Source: an uncultured Candidatus Saccharibacteria bacterium (GTDB lineage Bacteria > Patescibacteriota > WWE3 > 9FT-COMBO-53-11). From it: a stretch of DNA of 64,000 nucleotides. The first letter of the stretch is position 1; the number at the start of each line of letters is the position of its first letter. The DNA is taken from positions 1,024 to 65,023 of the forward strand of contig CAZEID010000006.1 in assembly GCA_964512075.1 (NCBI GenBank), in the 5' to 3' direction. Of the stretch, positions 27,379 to 36,983 are shown in pieces. Position numbers and translations under genes: made by a program. A model generated the notes under the pieces. That model made no database searches and had not been told where the DNA came from. It was given only the letters and a program-made list of their open reading frames with translations.

Positions 27379-29139
27379 TTACCAGCTTCCGCCCCCGCCG
27401 CCGCCGAATCCACCTCCCGAGAATCCGCCCCCACCGAAACCGCTTCCCCCTTGGGAAGCCGGCCGGGAAGGGAGGGTTGAAACCAAGGAGTTCTCCATCG
27501 CATGAATTGAGGAAGAGAAACCCCCAAGGTTGAACGGACCCGGCCCGACGTACCAAGTCGGCGGAGGCGGTTCAATCCCGAGCGCTTGGAAAGCTCTAAC
27601 CCATTTGTCCACCACCCCAAAAACCATTGCGTAGGGGAGAAACTCATCAAAGCGGTTGATGCGCTCGTTGAACTGCTGTTGATATTTTTGGGCCGTGGAA
27701 ATAAAGAGCTTGAACCCGCTCGCCCGCCGAACCGCTTCCGTCCCTTTCGCGGTCTTCCGCGGCATCAGCGGCGCCGCCAGCATTGTCAACCCCGCCAACA
27801 CCGCCAACGGCACCGGCACCCACCCGAGCCCCATGCCGCCAAAGAGATAGAACAACAACCCCGAAACAATCCCTACCGCTACACCCCGGATTAGGTGCTG
27901 CGAGAGCACTTGATTCGGCGGCTGAGGAAAGTACCCTTTCTTAGTGAGGTCGGTGTAAAGATGCTCCCGGATCTTCGCCAACCGAAGGTAGAACTTCTCC
28001 TGCAAATCTGCAAGCGCGACCCGCTCTTTACCCAACCCGTCCCGACCGAAAATTCCGCGCAGGATCTCCTTCTCCCATTCTCCCAACTTCGGATCGTCTA
28101 GGAACTCCTTCTTCCGTTCAAAGAAGTAAGCGGACCTCCGACCTTTCTTCTCTTCGACAATCTTTAAATATCCTCGAACTGCTAAATCGACGATTTGGGA
28201 GGAGATATCCTTGAGGCTGACGCGCTCGTCGATCAGCGTGCCAATTTCTCCCGGGCGGAGATTTTCGGGAGGGTCAAACTCCACCACCACGGTCTGACGG
28301 GCGAAAAGCGGTTTGGTTTCGGCTCCCGCTCTAGGATTCAGAATCACCTGATTGCGATACCAAAGATCCCGCCCATGTTTCCACCACTGTCGCACCACGT
28401 AAGCCACCGCCGCCAATGAGCCTAAAATCAACCAATAGGGCCGAATTAGGTCATCCCAATAAACTGGATCCCGCACTAATCCTTTGGGAAAAGAATTTAC
28501 AATTGTGAGTCCTTCGCCCGGACTAAGTGGGGCGGTGGTAGCGAACTCTCCCCGCGTAGCACGAACCCTCGCAGAACAAGCCTGCGCCTGGGACCCTAAG
28601 GCACCGGTAAAACAGAGCGTCTGCTGAATATCCCCATTCTCTAATGAAACCGCGGCCGTCGCTCGGCGAACCCCCACTTCCCAGTCGGCCCCGGTCACAT
28701 TCCAATAGAATTCGTCATGGTCGTCGAACCGAGTAATAACCTTACCCACTAAGTAGGAGATTTGGTAGGTATGTCGGCCCGTGACAGTTTGGTTCGGATC
28801 CCCAATCCTAACCGTGGTGAAACCATCGGACGAGGTAACTTTGGTCTTTACCCACCTTCCGTCCTGCCGAACTGTTTTAAGGTCAAATCTAATCCCGGCA
28901 GTTGGGATCGTCCGAAAGATCCCGTGCTTTTGCAAAGGGCCGAAATCCACCTCAATCGTCTCCGTCACCTGCACCTTGCCGCTTTGGGGAATAAAAACCT
29001 GGGAATCAAAACTCTCAATCACCCAACCCTCCTGAGCTAAGGCGGGGCGGGGAAGGGCCAGGAGCACCAGCGAAAGAAAAAGGAAAAAGAAGCGTTTCAC
29101 CGGACCCAGTCTAGCAAAAACAGGAGCAACCTGGTACAA
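27379..29139 (-). CDS. DUF2207 membrane protein
   Basis: VTETIEVDF..KHGIFRTIP, EFYWNVTG, LPYAMVFG, Gly-rich C-terminus GGGGGGSW; start uncertain. Confidence 0.88.
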   Translation of the reverse strand: MYQVAPVFARLGPVKRFFFLFLSLVLLALPRPALAQEGWVIESFDSQVFIPQSGKVQVTETIEVDFGPLQKHGIFRTIPTAGIRFDLKTVRQDGRWVKTKVTSSDGFTTVRIGDPNQTVTGRHTYQISYLVGKVITRFDDHDEFYWNVTGADWEVGVRRATAAVSLENGDIQQTLCFTGALGSQAQACSARVRATRGEFATTAPLSPGEGLTIVNSFPKGLVRDPVYWDDLIRPYWLILGSLAAVAYVVRQWWKHGRDLWYRNQVILNPRAGAETKPLFARQTVVVEFDPPENLRPGEIGTLIDERVSLKDISSQIVDLAVRGYLKIVEEKKGRRSAYFFERKKEFLDDPKLGEWEKEILRGIFGRDGLGKERVALADLQEKFYLRLAKIREHLYTDLTKKGYFPQPPNQVLSQHLIRGVAVGIVSGLLFYLFGGMGLGWVPVPLAVLAGLTMLAAPLMPRKTAKGTEAVRRASGFKLFISTAQKYQQQFNERINRFDEFLPYAMVFGVVDKWVRAFQALGIEPPPPTWYVGPGPFNLGGFSSSIHAMENSLVSTLPSRPASQGGSGFGGGGFSGGGFGGGGGGSW

Positions 29140-29149
29140 TTGCGCTATA

Positions 29150-29578
29150 ATGGGAGAAGGAATGGCCCCAGAAGAAATTCAAAAAGAGGCCGAAAGATTC
29201 AACGCGGAAAAGGCGGCGGCGCGGGAAGCCGTCCCGGAGCAAAAAATGGAAGCTCGATTGGAAGATGACAGCGTTGCCCAGATCGCTCCCGAGTTCGCGG
29301 GAACGGAAACCCCAGTCAAGCTGGAGTTTCGAAAAGAACCGGAGACGGGAACCCTGCTTTACCTGGAGAAGCCCGCCGAATTTACCTCCAAAGGAAGGAT
29401 TGGCTTCCGCAAATTCTTCCGCGCCCAAGAACCGCTGGGATTCGTTCAAAAGCGGGAAGGAACCGTTTACCTCCGAGCAGAACCAGTTGATCCGGAAGAA
29501 GTAGAAGCCCGAAAGACCGAAGCCGTCGACATGCGCGATTACCTCACCGCGGAAACCCGGGCGAAACTCGGAATTTAA
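29150..29578 (+). CDS. Hypothetical protein
   Basis: ORF downstream of a TATAAT box (true start may be 29162); TAATG coupling to the next gene. Confidence 0.65.
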   Translation: MGEGMAPEEIQKEAERFNAEKAAAREAVPEQKMEARLEDDSVAQIAPEFAGTETPVKLEFRKEPETGTLLYLEKPAEFTSKGRIGFRKFFRAQEPLGFVQKREGTVYLRAEPVDPEEVEARKTEAVDMRDYLTAETRAKLGI

Positions 29579-29904
29579 TGTTGTTCGGTAAAGAAAAAAC
29601 CTCCCTGAAGCAAAAGGGGTTTCTCCAGGCGCTAGGAGTGGCTGTCTATTGCACCCTTGTCGGTTTGCTCTTGGGAAACGGCGACCTCCTCTTCGGTCAG
29701 GCGAACCTGATTCTCGGCTCGATTCTAATGCTGGTTCTTTTCAGTGTCTCGGTGCTGGTTTGCGGCTTGCTGGTTTTCTTCCAACCCTACCGGCTCTTCT
29801 CCGACGGAAAAAGAAAAGAAGCCGCCGATCTGGTAATCTTTACCGCGATTTGGCTAGCAGCCTTCTTATTCCTCTCGCTCATTCTGACCATTCTTATAAG
29901 ATAG
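29578..29904 (+). CDS. Small membrane protein
   Basis: Three hydrophobic segments. Confidence 0.75.
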   Translation: MLFGKEKTSLKQKGFLQALGVAVYCTLVGLLLGNGDLLFGQANLILGSILMLVLFSVSVLVCGLLVFFQPYRLFSDGKRKEAADLVIFTAIWLAAFLFLSLILTILIR

Positions 29905-29922
29905 AGTAAAGAAGTGGGAGAA

Positions 29923-30561
29923 TTAACGGGACGGGTGGCGAAACTCCAAATAGGAGTAAACCGTCAAATAAATTGCCGCGAGTAACACCGGAATAATGGC
30001 GAGGTAAAACGCCCAATCCTGAAAGAAAACCCCCAGAACGGCGATCGCTCCGGCAATCTTAAATAGTTTTCCGCCCAGCCGGTGGGTCTTATCCCAAACC
30101 GCATCGCTACTCAATGTCCAAGGAGTCCGAATCCCAATAAACCAATTCCGCTTAGCCTTCTCGATCAGAATTCCGCAGTAGTAAAAGAGGATTCCAATCG
30201 CGACCGGCAGGAAGATCCGAATGTCGAGTTGAACCCCCAAATTCCAAAGGAGACTGAAACTGTAGATCCCCAACAGGAACAGCGTAATCAGAACAATAAA
30301 CCAATCAAAGTACTTCCGAAATTTGGCGATATTGGCCTTGAGCGGATCAATTCGCGGAATCAAAAGGAAGAACAGAAACATCACCAGCGCAACCGCCGGC
30401 ATCAGGAAAACGCCCCAGAACCGGGAGACGAAACCATCCACCTCGCCTCGGATATTCCAATGACCGACCATCGGATCGGGTAGCTGGGGGTAAAAATAAA
30501 CTCCCACCGCCGTCGCCAGCAGAACCAAGAGCAAAATGACCCACTCGCTTTTCCGCATCAC
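29923..30561 (-). CDS. SdpI / DUF1648 family membrane protein
   Basis: HWNIRGEVDG, NWFIGIRTPWTLSSDAVWDKTHRLGG. Confidence 0.9.
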   Translation of the reverse strand: MMRKSEWVILLLVLLATAVGVYFYPQLPDPMVGHWNIRGEVDGFVSRFWGVFLMPAVALVMFLFFLLIPRIDPLKANIAKFRKYFDWFIVLITLFLLGIYSFSLLWNLGVQLDIRIFLPVAIGILFYYCGILIEKAKRNWFIGIRTPWTLSSDAVWDKTHRLGGKLFKIAGAIAVLGVFFQDWAFYLAIIPVLLAAIYLTVYSYLEFRHPSR

Positions 30562-30647
30562 AGCTTGAGTATACTCTATTTCTTCCGAAGGCGCGTTATA
30601 ATTGGGTCACAGCTCCCGAGAATCAAACTGGAGAGAAAGGAGACGAC

Positions 30648-30893
30648 GTGCCCCCAACGGACCCCCGCCTAAAAAGGGCTGCGGTTGAAAGCATTCAGAG
30701 CTCGATTCGACATTATCTGGACGAGGCCGCTCGCATCCAGCCCGATGTGGTGGATCCCAACGCCCGCCGGGCGCTGGTTTCACTCAAAGTGGCGGTAGAT
30801 CAGATGTTCACCCTTCTTCAACTCGCTCTGGCTAACTACCTTCGAGAAGCCAGCGAACGCTCCGACCAGGATTGCGGGGAGAGAAAAAGATGA
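30648..30893 (+). CDS. Hypothetical protein (ORFan)
   Basis: TATAAT promoter and AAAGGAG SD before GTG. Confidence 0.6.
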   Translation: MPPTDPRLKRAAVESIQSSIRHYLDEAARIQPDVVDPNARRALVSLKVAVDQMFTLLQLALANYLREASERSDQDCGERKR

Positions 30894-31192
30894 AGAAAAT
30901 TATGTCCATCCGGTTCCTGCGCACCGGAGTCTGGGTTGGAAGCTTAGGGGGAGGAATACTCCTCTCTCTCCTGCTCAATTACCTCTGGCCCGGCCGGGGA
31001 CTGACCTTCCTCGGAGCTACGTCCTACCTTGTCTCGGGCTACATTCTTGATCGAACGGTGCGAACCTACAGCGATTGGGACCGGCGGTTCTTCACTCGGG
31101 AATACGGCCGGAAGATGCCGTTTCTGCTGGGTCTCGGCGGACCGTTCTACCTGGCGGGAGAGTTCTTTCGCGACCTGTGGCGGTACCCCTGA
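30890..31192 (+). CDS. Small hypothetical membrane protein (ORFan)
   Basis: ATGA overlap with the upstream ORF, TM segments, terminator at about 31209-31242. Confidence 0.65.
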   Translation: MKKIMSIRFLRTGVWVGSLGGGILLSLLLNYLWPGRGLTFLGATSYLVSGYILDRTVRTYSDWDRRFFTREYGRKMPFLLGLGGPFYLAGEFFRDLWRYP

Positions 31193-31290
31193 ATGAGACC
31201 GAAATCCTAAGCGGTGGGACACCCATCCCGCCGCTTTTTTTTACGACCACAAAAAGGCGGTGCGCTTTGCGCAACACCGCTTTTGTTCTA

Positions 31291-31809
31291 TCATCGGATT
31301 CGCTCCCCCAGATGTCCGAAGAACCGTCTCCACAAAACCCCGAATCGCTCGCGAGAGAAGAGCAGATGTAAAAACCCTAATAGCGCAATCCCGATGAGGT
31401 AGGTTGGATCTTGAAGAGTGGCAACCACGAAATAAAGGACAATCCAAGCGAAGGTGATAATCCCCTGAAAAATCAGGAAATCCACTCGGACCAGAATGAA
31501 GGCGCCGACCACTGCCAATGCGTAAACTCGGAAGTCTACGAATCCGGTCAGGGCCAGCAGGGTGAAGCTTCCCAGCCCGAGCAACAAGTCCACCCAGCCA
31601 TCATTTCTCCCGAAGAATCCCTCTCCGGCATGGCCGCTCCGGCGCGCCAATTGGCCGTCAAACAAGTCCGTTAACCAGAGCAGGAGCAACAGCCAACCGG
31701 CGGTCCCCGCCACCGCGGGAGCACCGCGGATTAAGCCGATTACCGGAATCAGCCCCGCTCCCAAAAGTCGGACTGCCGTCAGAATATCCGCCGCCCGTTT
31801 CAGCGTCAT
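31291..31809 (-). CDS. CDP-alcohol phosphatidyltransferase family protein
   Basis: ADILTAVR...TDLFDGQLARR...G...D..VD motif. Confidence 0.8.
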   Translation of the reverse strand: MTLKRAADILTAVRLLGAGLIPVIGLIRGAPAVAGTAGWLLLLLWLTDLFDGQLARRSGHAGEGFFGRNDGWVDLLLGLGSFTLLALTGFVDFRVYALAVVGAFILVRVDFLIFQGIITFAWIVLYFVVATLQDPTYLIGIALLGFLHLLFSRERFGVLWRRFFGHLGERIR

Positions 31810-31925
31810 CTCCCTTCCCTCCGAGATTTTTTGATTTGCTTAGATTCTACCCCCGAATTCTATAACGTCAAGGGAAAAAAATCCTTGCTATTATTTGGGC
31901 GGAAAACGAAGAGAGGAGAAGAGAA

Positions 31926-32261
31926 ATGGCCGACCAGCATATCCGCGCTTGGAAAGCCTTTCGCTTGGACAAGCAAGGGCGTCTTCGGTTTCTGTTCCAT
32001 GGTCATGCTGGAACAACCCTGGTACCCGTAGGAACTTGGCTGGAAGCCAAAGCCCACTGGGTCCGAGACTCGGGAGATAGGAACCAAAAGGCCTACCGCG
32101 CCGGGTTCCACTGTTTTCCCCGCCGGGAAGATGCGGATAGGTTTGAGAAGCGGATCCGGGGGAAGTACTTTATCCTGCCGGTTCTGGTTTCGGCCGCGCG
32201 ACCCAAACCACGGACAAACGTCGGTTCTTGGCTCGCCCGGTACTTGCTTGTTCCCACCTAA
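31926..32261 (+). CDS. Hypothetical protein, phage-like (AWKAF...YRAGFHCF)
   Basis: AGGAG SD, own promoter and terminator; phage resemblance is an impression only. Confidence 0.7.
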   Translation: MADQHIRAWKAFRLDKQGRLRFLFHGHAGTTLVPVGTWLEAKAHWVRDSGDRNQKAYRAGFHCFPRREDADRFEKRIRGKYFILPVLVSAARPKPRTNVGSWLARYLLVPT

Positions 32262-32411
32262 CGCTAACCTCCGCCAGAGGCGGACAGGCGTTGGGTTTTT
32301 TCTTTCGTGCTATACTGGGAAGTTCTGTTTCCTCGTTTGGTAAATAAGGTACCCCAAAGGCACTCTCTATTCACCCAGCAGAAACAGCAAAATAAAGGTG
32401 GTGATATAAGT

Positions 32412-32684
32412 ATGGCAAAAAGACTATTTGTCGGGGGACTCTCTTACAGTATCTCCGACCAGAAACTGGAGGAAATCTTCTCCGTGATTGGAAACGTCAG
32501 CTCCGCCAACGTAATCACTGACCGGGAAACCGGCCAGAGCAAGGGTTTTGGCTTTGTGGAGTTTGAGAAAGATGCGGACGCCGATGAGGCGATCGCAAAA
32601 CTCAACGGTACCGAAGCAGAAGGAAGAAAAATCTCCGTCAGCGTCGCCCGACCGCGGGAAGAACGCTCCCGAAGAAGCTGGTAG
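32412..32684 (+). CDS. RRM (RNP-1) RNA-binding protein
   Basis: MAKRLFVGGLSY, SKGFGFVEF; GGTGGTGA SD. Confidence 0.95.
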   Translation: MAKRLFVGGLSYSISDQKLEEIFSVIGNVSSANVITDRETGQSKGFGFVEFEKDADADEAIAKLNGTEAEGRKISVSVARPREERSRRSW

Positions 32685-32788
32685 CTCGCTTCTCCTGCCG
32701 GAAGGAATAACCTGGTTCTCGTGCCGACCCCGGGTGGAATTCCGCCCGCGGCATTGAATTACCCCAGTCAAAGAAAGATAATGGAGGC

Positions 32789-35323
32789 GTGCGATCCTTC
32801 CCAAAGATCGAAAAGCCGTTCCAGACTTCCCCCGCGACTCTGTTCGAGGTCCTGCAAACCAGTCCGCAGGGGCTGACGGAAGCGGAAGCGCGGTCCCGTT
32901 GGGAAGAGCTTGGCCCCAACCAAATCGAACTCAAAAAGCGGCGGACCGCCGTTGCGATTCTGTTTTCCCAACTTCAAAACTGGCTAATGCTGGTACTGAT
33001 CGCCGCCGCGTTGGTTTCGTTTTCACTGGGCGAAAGGGTAGACTCCTTGGTAATCCTGGGAATTGTCCTTCTGAGTATCCTTTTCGGTTTCTTCCAAGAA
33101 TATCGGGCCGAAAGAACTCTCGAAAGTTTAAAGAAATTCATCTCCCATCAGGCCCGAGTCCTCCGGGACGGGCAGGTAAAGAAGATTAATGCCGCTCTTC
33201 TTACCGTCGGGGATATCGTTCTCGTACGGTTAGGTGACCGCATCCCGGCCGATCTCCGGCTGCTGGAAGCGCATAATCTTACGACCGACGAGATGCTTAT
33301 CACAGGAGAATCGCTCCCGGCGGTAAAAGCGCCGGGGCCGCTACGGCTCACCGATCCCGCCGTGGCCGAGCAGAAGAACATGCTTTTCGCCGGCAGCACG
33401 GTCTCCTCCGGGGAGGGCCGGGGAGTCGTAGTCGCGGTCGGAGCCGCCACTTACCTGGGCCAAACCGCAAAACGCCTAGAACAACCGGAACCCCCTACCG
33501 AGTTTCAGAAACAACTCCGGGCCTTCAGCCGCTTTCTCCTAGGGATAATCCTGGCTCTAACGGTCTTTGTCTTTCTCGCTAACGCCCTTCTCGGAAAAGG
33601 CTATCTCAATTCCTTCCTGTTCGCGGTCGCCTTGGCAGTGGGGGTTACTCCGGAACTGCTCCCAATGATTATCACCGTCACCCTTTCTCAAGGAGCTCTT
33701 CAAATGGCCCGCCTCAAAGTCGTGGTAAAGAAGCTGGTTTCCGTGGAAGACCTCGGCAATATCGACACTCTCTGCACCGACAAAACCGGAACTCTAACTA
33801 TCGGAAAGTTCACTCTTAAGAACTATTTGGACGATCACTTCGCAACCAGTGAGAAGGTTCTTCTCGATGCACTAGCGTGCGTTAACGCGGGGCGGGCGGG
33901 GGCGTTGCCCCCCAGTGACTTAGACCGGGCAATCTGGGAAGCACCGGTCAGCAAACGCCTCCGTCCGCAGTTGGAGAAAACAGAGATTTTGGGCGAAAAC
34001 GAATTTGATTTTGACCGTCGGAGGGAAAGCGTTCTCCTTCAAGTTGGGGAAAGCCGCCGCCTAATTGTAATGGGAGCACCCGAATCGGTCTTCGCCCAAT
34101 GCCAATTTTCTTCCTCTGCCGAGAAAAGAAAGGCCTGGAATTGGATTGAGAAAGCCGAGAATCAAGGGAATCGGATAATCGCCTTGGCTACCAAGGAAAC
34201 TACCAAAACCCGAGTTACCTCCCGCGATGAGACGAATCTCTCTTGGGAGGGTTTATTGGTCTTCACGGACCCGATTAAAGGGACCGCGCAGAAGTCTTTG
34301 GACCTTTTCCGCCAGCTGGGGGTCAACATTAAAATCATCAGCGGCGACAGTCCGCGAGTAGTTAAGCGGGTGGCGATGGCGGTCGGATTGGCCCGAGAGA
34401 ACACCCCGGTCGCGCTCGGCAGCGAACTGGAGAAGCTTAACCCCGCCCAATTTGAAGAATGGGCGCGGAAGTACACCCTCTTTGCCCGAACCACTCCGAC
34501 CCAAAAGGAACGGCTGATCGCCAGTCTAAATCGGGAGGGACATATCGTCGGTTTCCTCGGCGACGGGTTTAACGATGCTCCCGCGCTGAAATCTGCCGAT
34601 GTCGGAATCGCAGTCGACAACGGCTCGGAGACTGCCAAAGAAGCAGCGGATATCGTTTTACTAGAGAAGGATCTTGCCGTTCTGGCACAAGGAATTGAAG
34701 CGGGGCGAAAAATTTTCGGCAATATCAACAAATACATCTTCAACACTATTAGTGCCAACTATGGAAACATGTTCACGGTCGCAATCTCCTCACTGTTCCT
34801 AAAATTTATTCCTCTCCTCCCAACCCAGATTCTGCTGAACAACTTCATCAGCGACATTCCCTTGCTGGCGATTGCAACCGACAACGTGGATGAGGATTTT
34901 GTAAAAAAGCCGAAGCGTTGGAATATCCCGCTGATCGGGCGCTTCATGGTCTACTTTGGTTCTCTTAGCTCAATCTTTGACTTCGCCACCATTCTCCCCC
35001 TGCTCTACGTAAGCCAACTAAGCCCCGGACCCTTCCGAACCGCCTGGTTCATCGAGTCCGCTATCTCCGAAATCATCATCACTTTTGCCATCCGCACCCG
35101 AAAACCGTTCCAGAAGAGCCGCCCGAGCGGGTGGTTGCTGGGATTAAGCCTCGGCTCCCTTGCAGCGGTTTTAGCCCTTCCCTACACCCGGGCGGGAAAA
35201 GTGCTCTTCAACTTCTCCTCCCTCTCTCTACCGGTTCTCGGGTGGATCGCTCTCGTCCTGCTGACTTACTTTACTGCGGCCGAAATTGGCAAAAAGCGGT
35301 TCTTCCGCAAGTTTGAGATATAG
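32789..35323 (+). CDS. mgtA: Magnesium-translocating P-type ATPase
   Basis: TGES, GVTPELLP, DKTGTLT, GDGFNDAPAL, SANYGNMF, FRTAWFIES. Confidence 0.9.
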   Translation: MRSFPKIEKPFQTSPATLFEVLQTSPQGLTEAEARSRWEELGPNQIELKKRRTAVAILFSQLQNWLMLVLIAAALVSFSLGERVDSLVILGIVLLSILFGFFQEYRAERTLESLKKFISHQARVLRDGQVKKINAALLTVGDIVLVRLGDRIPADLRLLEAHNLTTDEMLITGESLPAVKAPGPLRLTDPAVAEQKNMLFAGSTVSSGEGRGVVVAVGAATYLGQTAKRLEQPEPPTEFQKQLRAFSRFLLGIILALTVFVFLANALLGKGYLNSFLFAVALAVGVTPELLPMIITVTLSQGALQMARLKVVVKKLVSVEDLGNIDTLCTDKTGTLTIGKFTLKNYLDDHFATSEKVLLDALACVNAGRAGALPPSDLDRAIWEAPVSKRLRPQLEKTEILGENEFDFDRRRESVLLQVGESRRLIVMGAPESVFAQCQFSSSAEKRKAWNWIEKAENQGNRIIALATKETTKTRVTSRDETNLSWEGLLVFTDPIKGTAQKSLDLFRQLGVNIKIISGDSPRVVKRVAMAVGLARENTPVALGSELEKLNPAQFEEWARKYTLFARTTPTQKERLIASLNREGHIVGFLGDGFNDAPALKSADVGIAVDNGSETAKEAADIVLLEKDLAVLAQGIEAGRKIFGNINKYIFNTISANYGNMFTVAISSLFLKFIPLLPTQILLNNFISDIPLLAIATDNVDEDFVKKPKRWNIPLIGRFMVYFGSLSSIFDFATILPLLYVSQLSPGPFRTAWFIESAISEIIITFAIRTRKPFQKSRPSGWLLGLSLGSLAAVLALPYTRAGKVLFNFSSLSLPVLGWIALVLLTYFTAAEIGKKRFFRKFEI

Positions 35324-35409
35324 GTTGGAAAAGGAAGGCAACCCCTCAGAACTGCGGTGACTGAAGAAGTCAGAGCCAACCGCTATTGATCTCGCCGCTT
35401 CCTAACCCC

Positions 35410-35442
35410 TTGACAATATCTCATTATGAATATATATTCATA
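35410..35442 (+). promoter_or_regulatory. TTGACA-17-TATATT promoter overlapped by 18-bp palindrome TATGAATATATATTCATA
   Basis: Perfect palindrome at 35425-35442. Confidence 0.7.
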
Positions 35443-35464
35443 TTAATGGGGCTGGAAGGAGGTG

Positions 35465-35719
35465 AAAATAATGCCAGGATTAGATAGAACTGGACCGTTC
35501 GGAGCGGGTCCGGGGACCGGAAGAAGGTTTGGACCTTGTTTTGGCTTTGGCCTGGGTTATTTCCCGCACCATACCCGCGGGCTAGGCCGCTACTTCCGCT
35601 GGAACTGGCCGCAGGCAAAGGAGGACCAGAAGAAAGCCCTCCAAGAGTACCGAAAGGCACTCGAGGAAGAGCTGGAGGACGTTAAAAAAGCGGAAGAGGA
35701 TCTGGAAAAGAAGGAATAA
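35465..35719 (+). CDS. DUF5320-family small protein (likely start ATG at 35471)
   Basis: MPGLDRTGPFGAGPGTGRRFGPC, C-terminal coiled coil; GGAGGTGA SD. Confidence 0.8.
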   Translation, partial: KIMPGLDRTGPFGAGPGTGRRFGPCFGFGLGYFPHHTRGLGRYFRWNWPQAKEDQKKALQEYRKALEEELEDVKKAEEDLEKKE

Positions 35720-35736
35720 ATCCTCTCCAAGACCTT

Positions 35737-36015
35737 ATGCCGCGCCCCCGAATTCCCCGGTGCTTGCGACTGCGACCCAGCGTTCACTACTTTAAGCCCC
35801 GAGGGACCCCTTTGCGGTCCCTGGAAGAAGTAGTTCTCCTCCCTGACGAGCTGGAGGCCCTCAACCTCTACGAGGTGGAGAAGCTGAAACAAACCGCCGC
35901 GGCCCAGAAAATGGGCATCTCTCAACCCACTTTCGCCCGCACCCTGGACCGCGCCCACAAAAAGATTGCGGAAGCCATTATCGGGGGGAAAGCGATTCGA
36001 ATTGAGAAAACTTGA
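35737..36015 (+). CDS. DUF134 family predicted DNA-binding protein
   Basis: MPRPRIPR...FKPRG...DELEAL..AAQKMGISQPTF..AHKKIAEAI. Confidence 0.9.
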   Translation: MPRPRIPRCLRLRPSVHYFKPRGTPLRSLEEVVLLPDELEALNLYEVEKLKQTAAAQKMGISQPTFARTLDRAHKKIAEAIIGGKAIRIEKT

Positions 36016-36022
36016 GGACAAG

Positions 36023-36895
36023 TTAAGCTTTACCCTCGGAACCGAATAGTTTAATCTTGCGCTCAATCACCTCCTGGACAGCCGCAATCACGGGAGGCAT
36101 GATCTTGTAGATGGCAACTTCGTCGGTTGCCTTCAGGGTTTCCTCCAGTGTTTTTCGATAAGCCATCCGTAGCTCCGTATTGACGTTGACTTTAACGATC
36201 TTCCCAACCCGGATCGCATTCCGCACCTGCTCCTCGGAAATCGTACTCCCGCCGTGGAGACTGAAGAAGCAGGAAAGGCGTTCCCGCAGCTTCGCTAGCA
36301 AACCTAGGTCGAGACGCTTCTCGCTGGAGTAAATCCCGTGGACGTTCCCAATCGAAACCGCAAGGGTGTCAATCTCCGTTCTTTTCACGAAATCCTCGGC
36401 CTGATCCGGATCAGTCAACTCTTCCTTCGCTACTGCTTCTTCCGCTTTTTCGGCGTGGGGCGCACTAGTCCCGCCGATCGGCGTCAACTCCGCCTCAACC
36501 AAAAGCCCTCGCGCATGAGCTTCTTTGACAACTTCAGCTGTAGCCGCGACGTTCTCCTCATAGGGAAGCTTAGAGGCGTTAATGTGAATCAAATCGTAAC
36601 CGGCGGCAATTCCTGCCTTAGCCGCCTCCACGGACGGAGAATGGTCCAAATTAATCAAGATTGGGACACCAAATTCCTGACTAAGGTTGCGGACTACCGC
36701 CACTAGATTCCTTGCCCCAATGAATTTGGTCTCGCCGTGAGAACTTTCGGCAATCACAGGCGCCCTTAAGGACCCGGCCGCTTGCGCAATCGCCTTTAAA
36801 GTCTCCAAATTGGCAGCGTTGAAAGCCCCAATTGCATAACCCTCATTTTGCGCTTTTTCAAATATTTCCCTTGAATTTATCACCGATTGCTTCAC
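36023..36895 (-). CDS. fba: Class II fructose-bisphosphate aldolase
   Basis: YAIGAFN, NLDH, VEAEL, GNVHG, LHGGS, KVNVNT. Confidence 0.92.
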   Translation of the reverse strand: MKQSVINSREIFEKAQNEGYAIGAFNAANLETLKAIAQAAGSLRAPVIAESSHGETKFIGARNLVAVVRNLSQEFGVPILINLDHSPSVEAAKAGIAAGYDLIHINASKLPYEENVAATAEVVKEAHARGLLVEAELTPIGGTSAPHAEKAEEAVAKEELTDPDQAEDFVKRTEIDTLAVSIGNVHGIYSSEKRLDLGLLAKLRERLSCFFSLHGGSTISEEQVRNAIRVGKIVKVNVNTELRMAYRKTLEETLKATDEVAIYKIMPPVIAAVQEVIERKIKLFGSEGKA

Positions 36896-36983
36896 CTTAC
36901 TATAGTATATTAGTATACTATAATAGAGTAACTAAAGTACCCATTAGCAGAGAGCTATTCAGTGCCCGCTGCTAATCCCTGCC

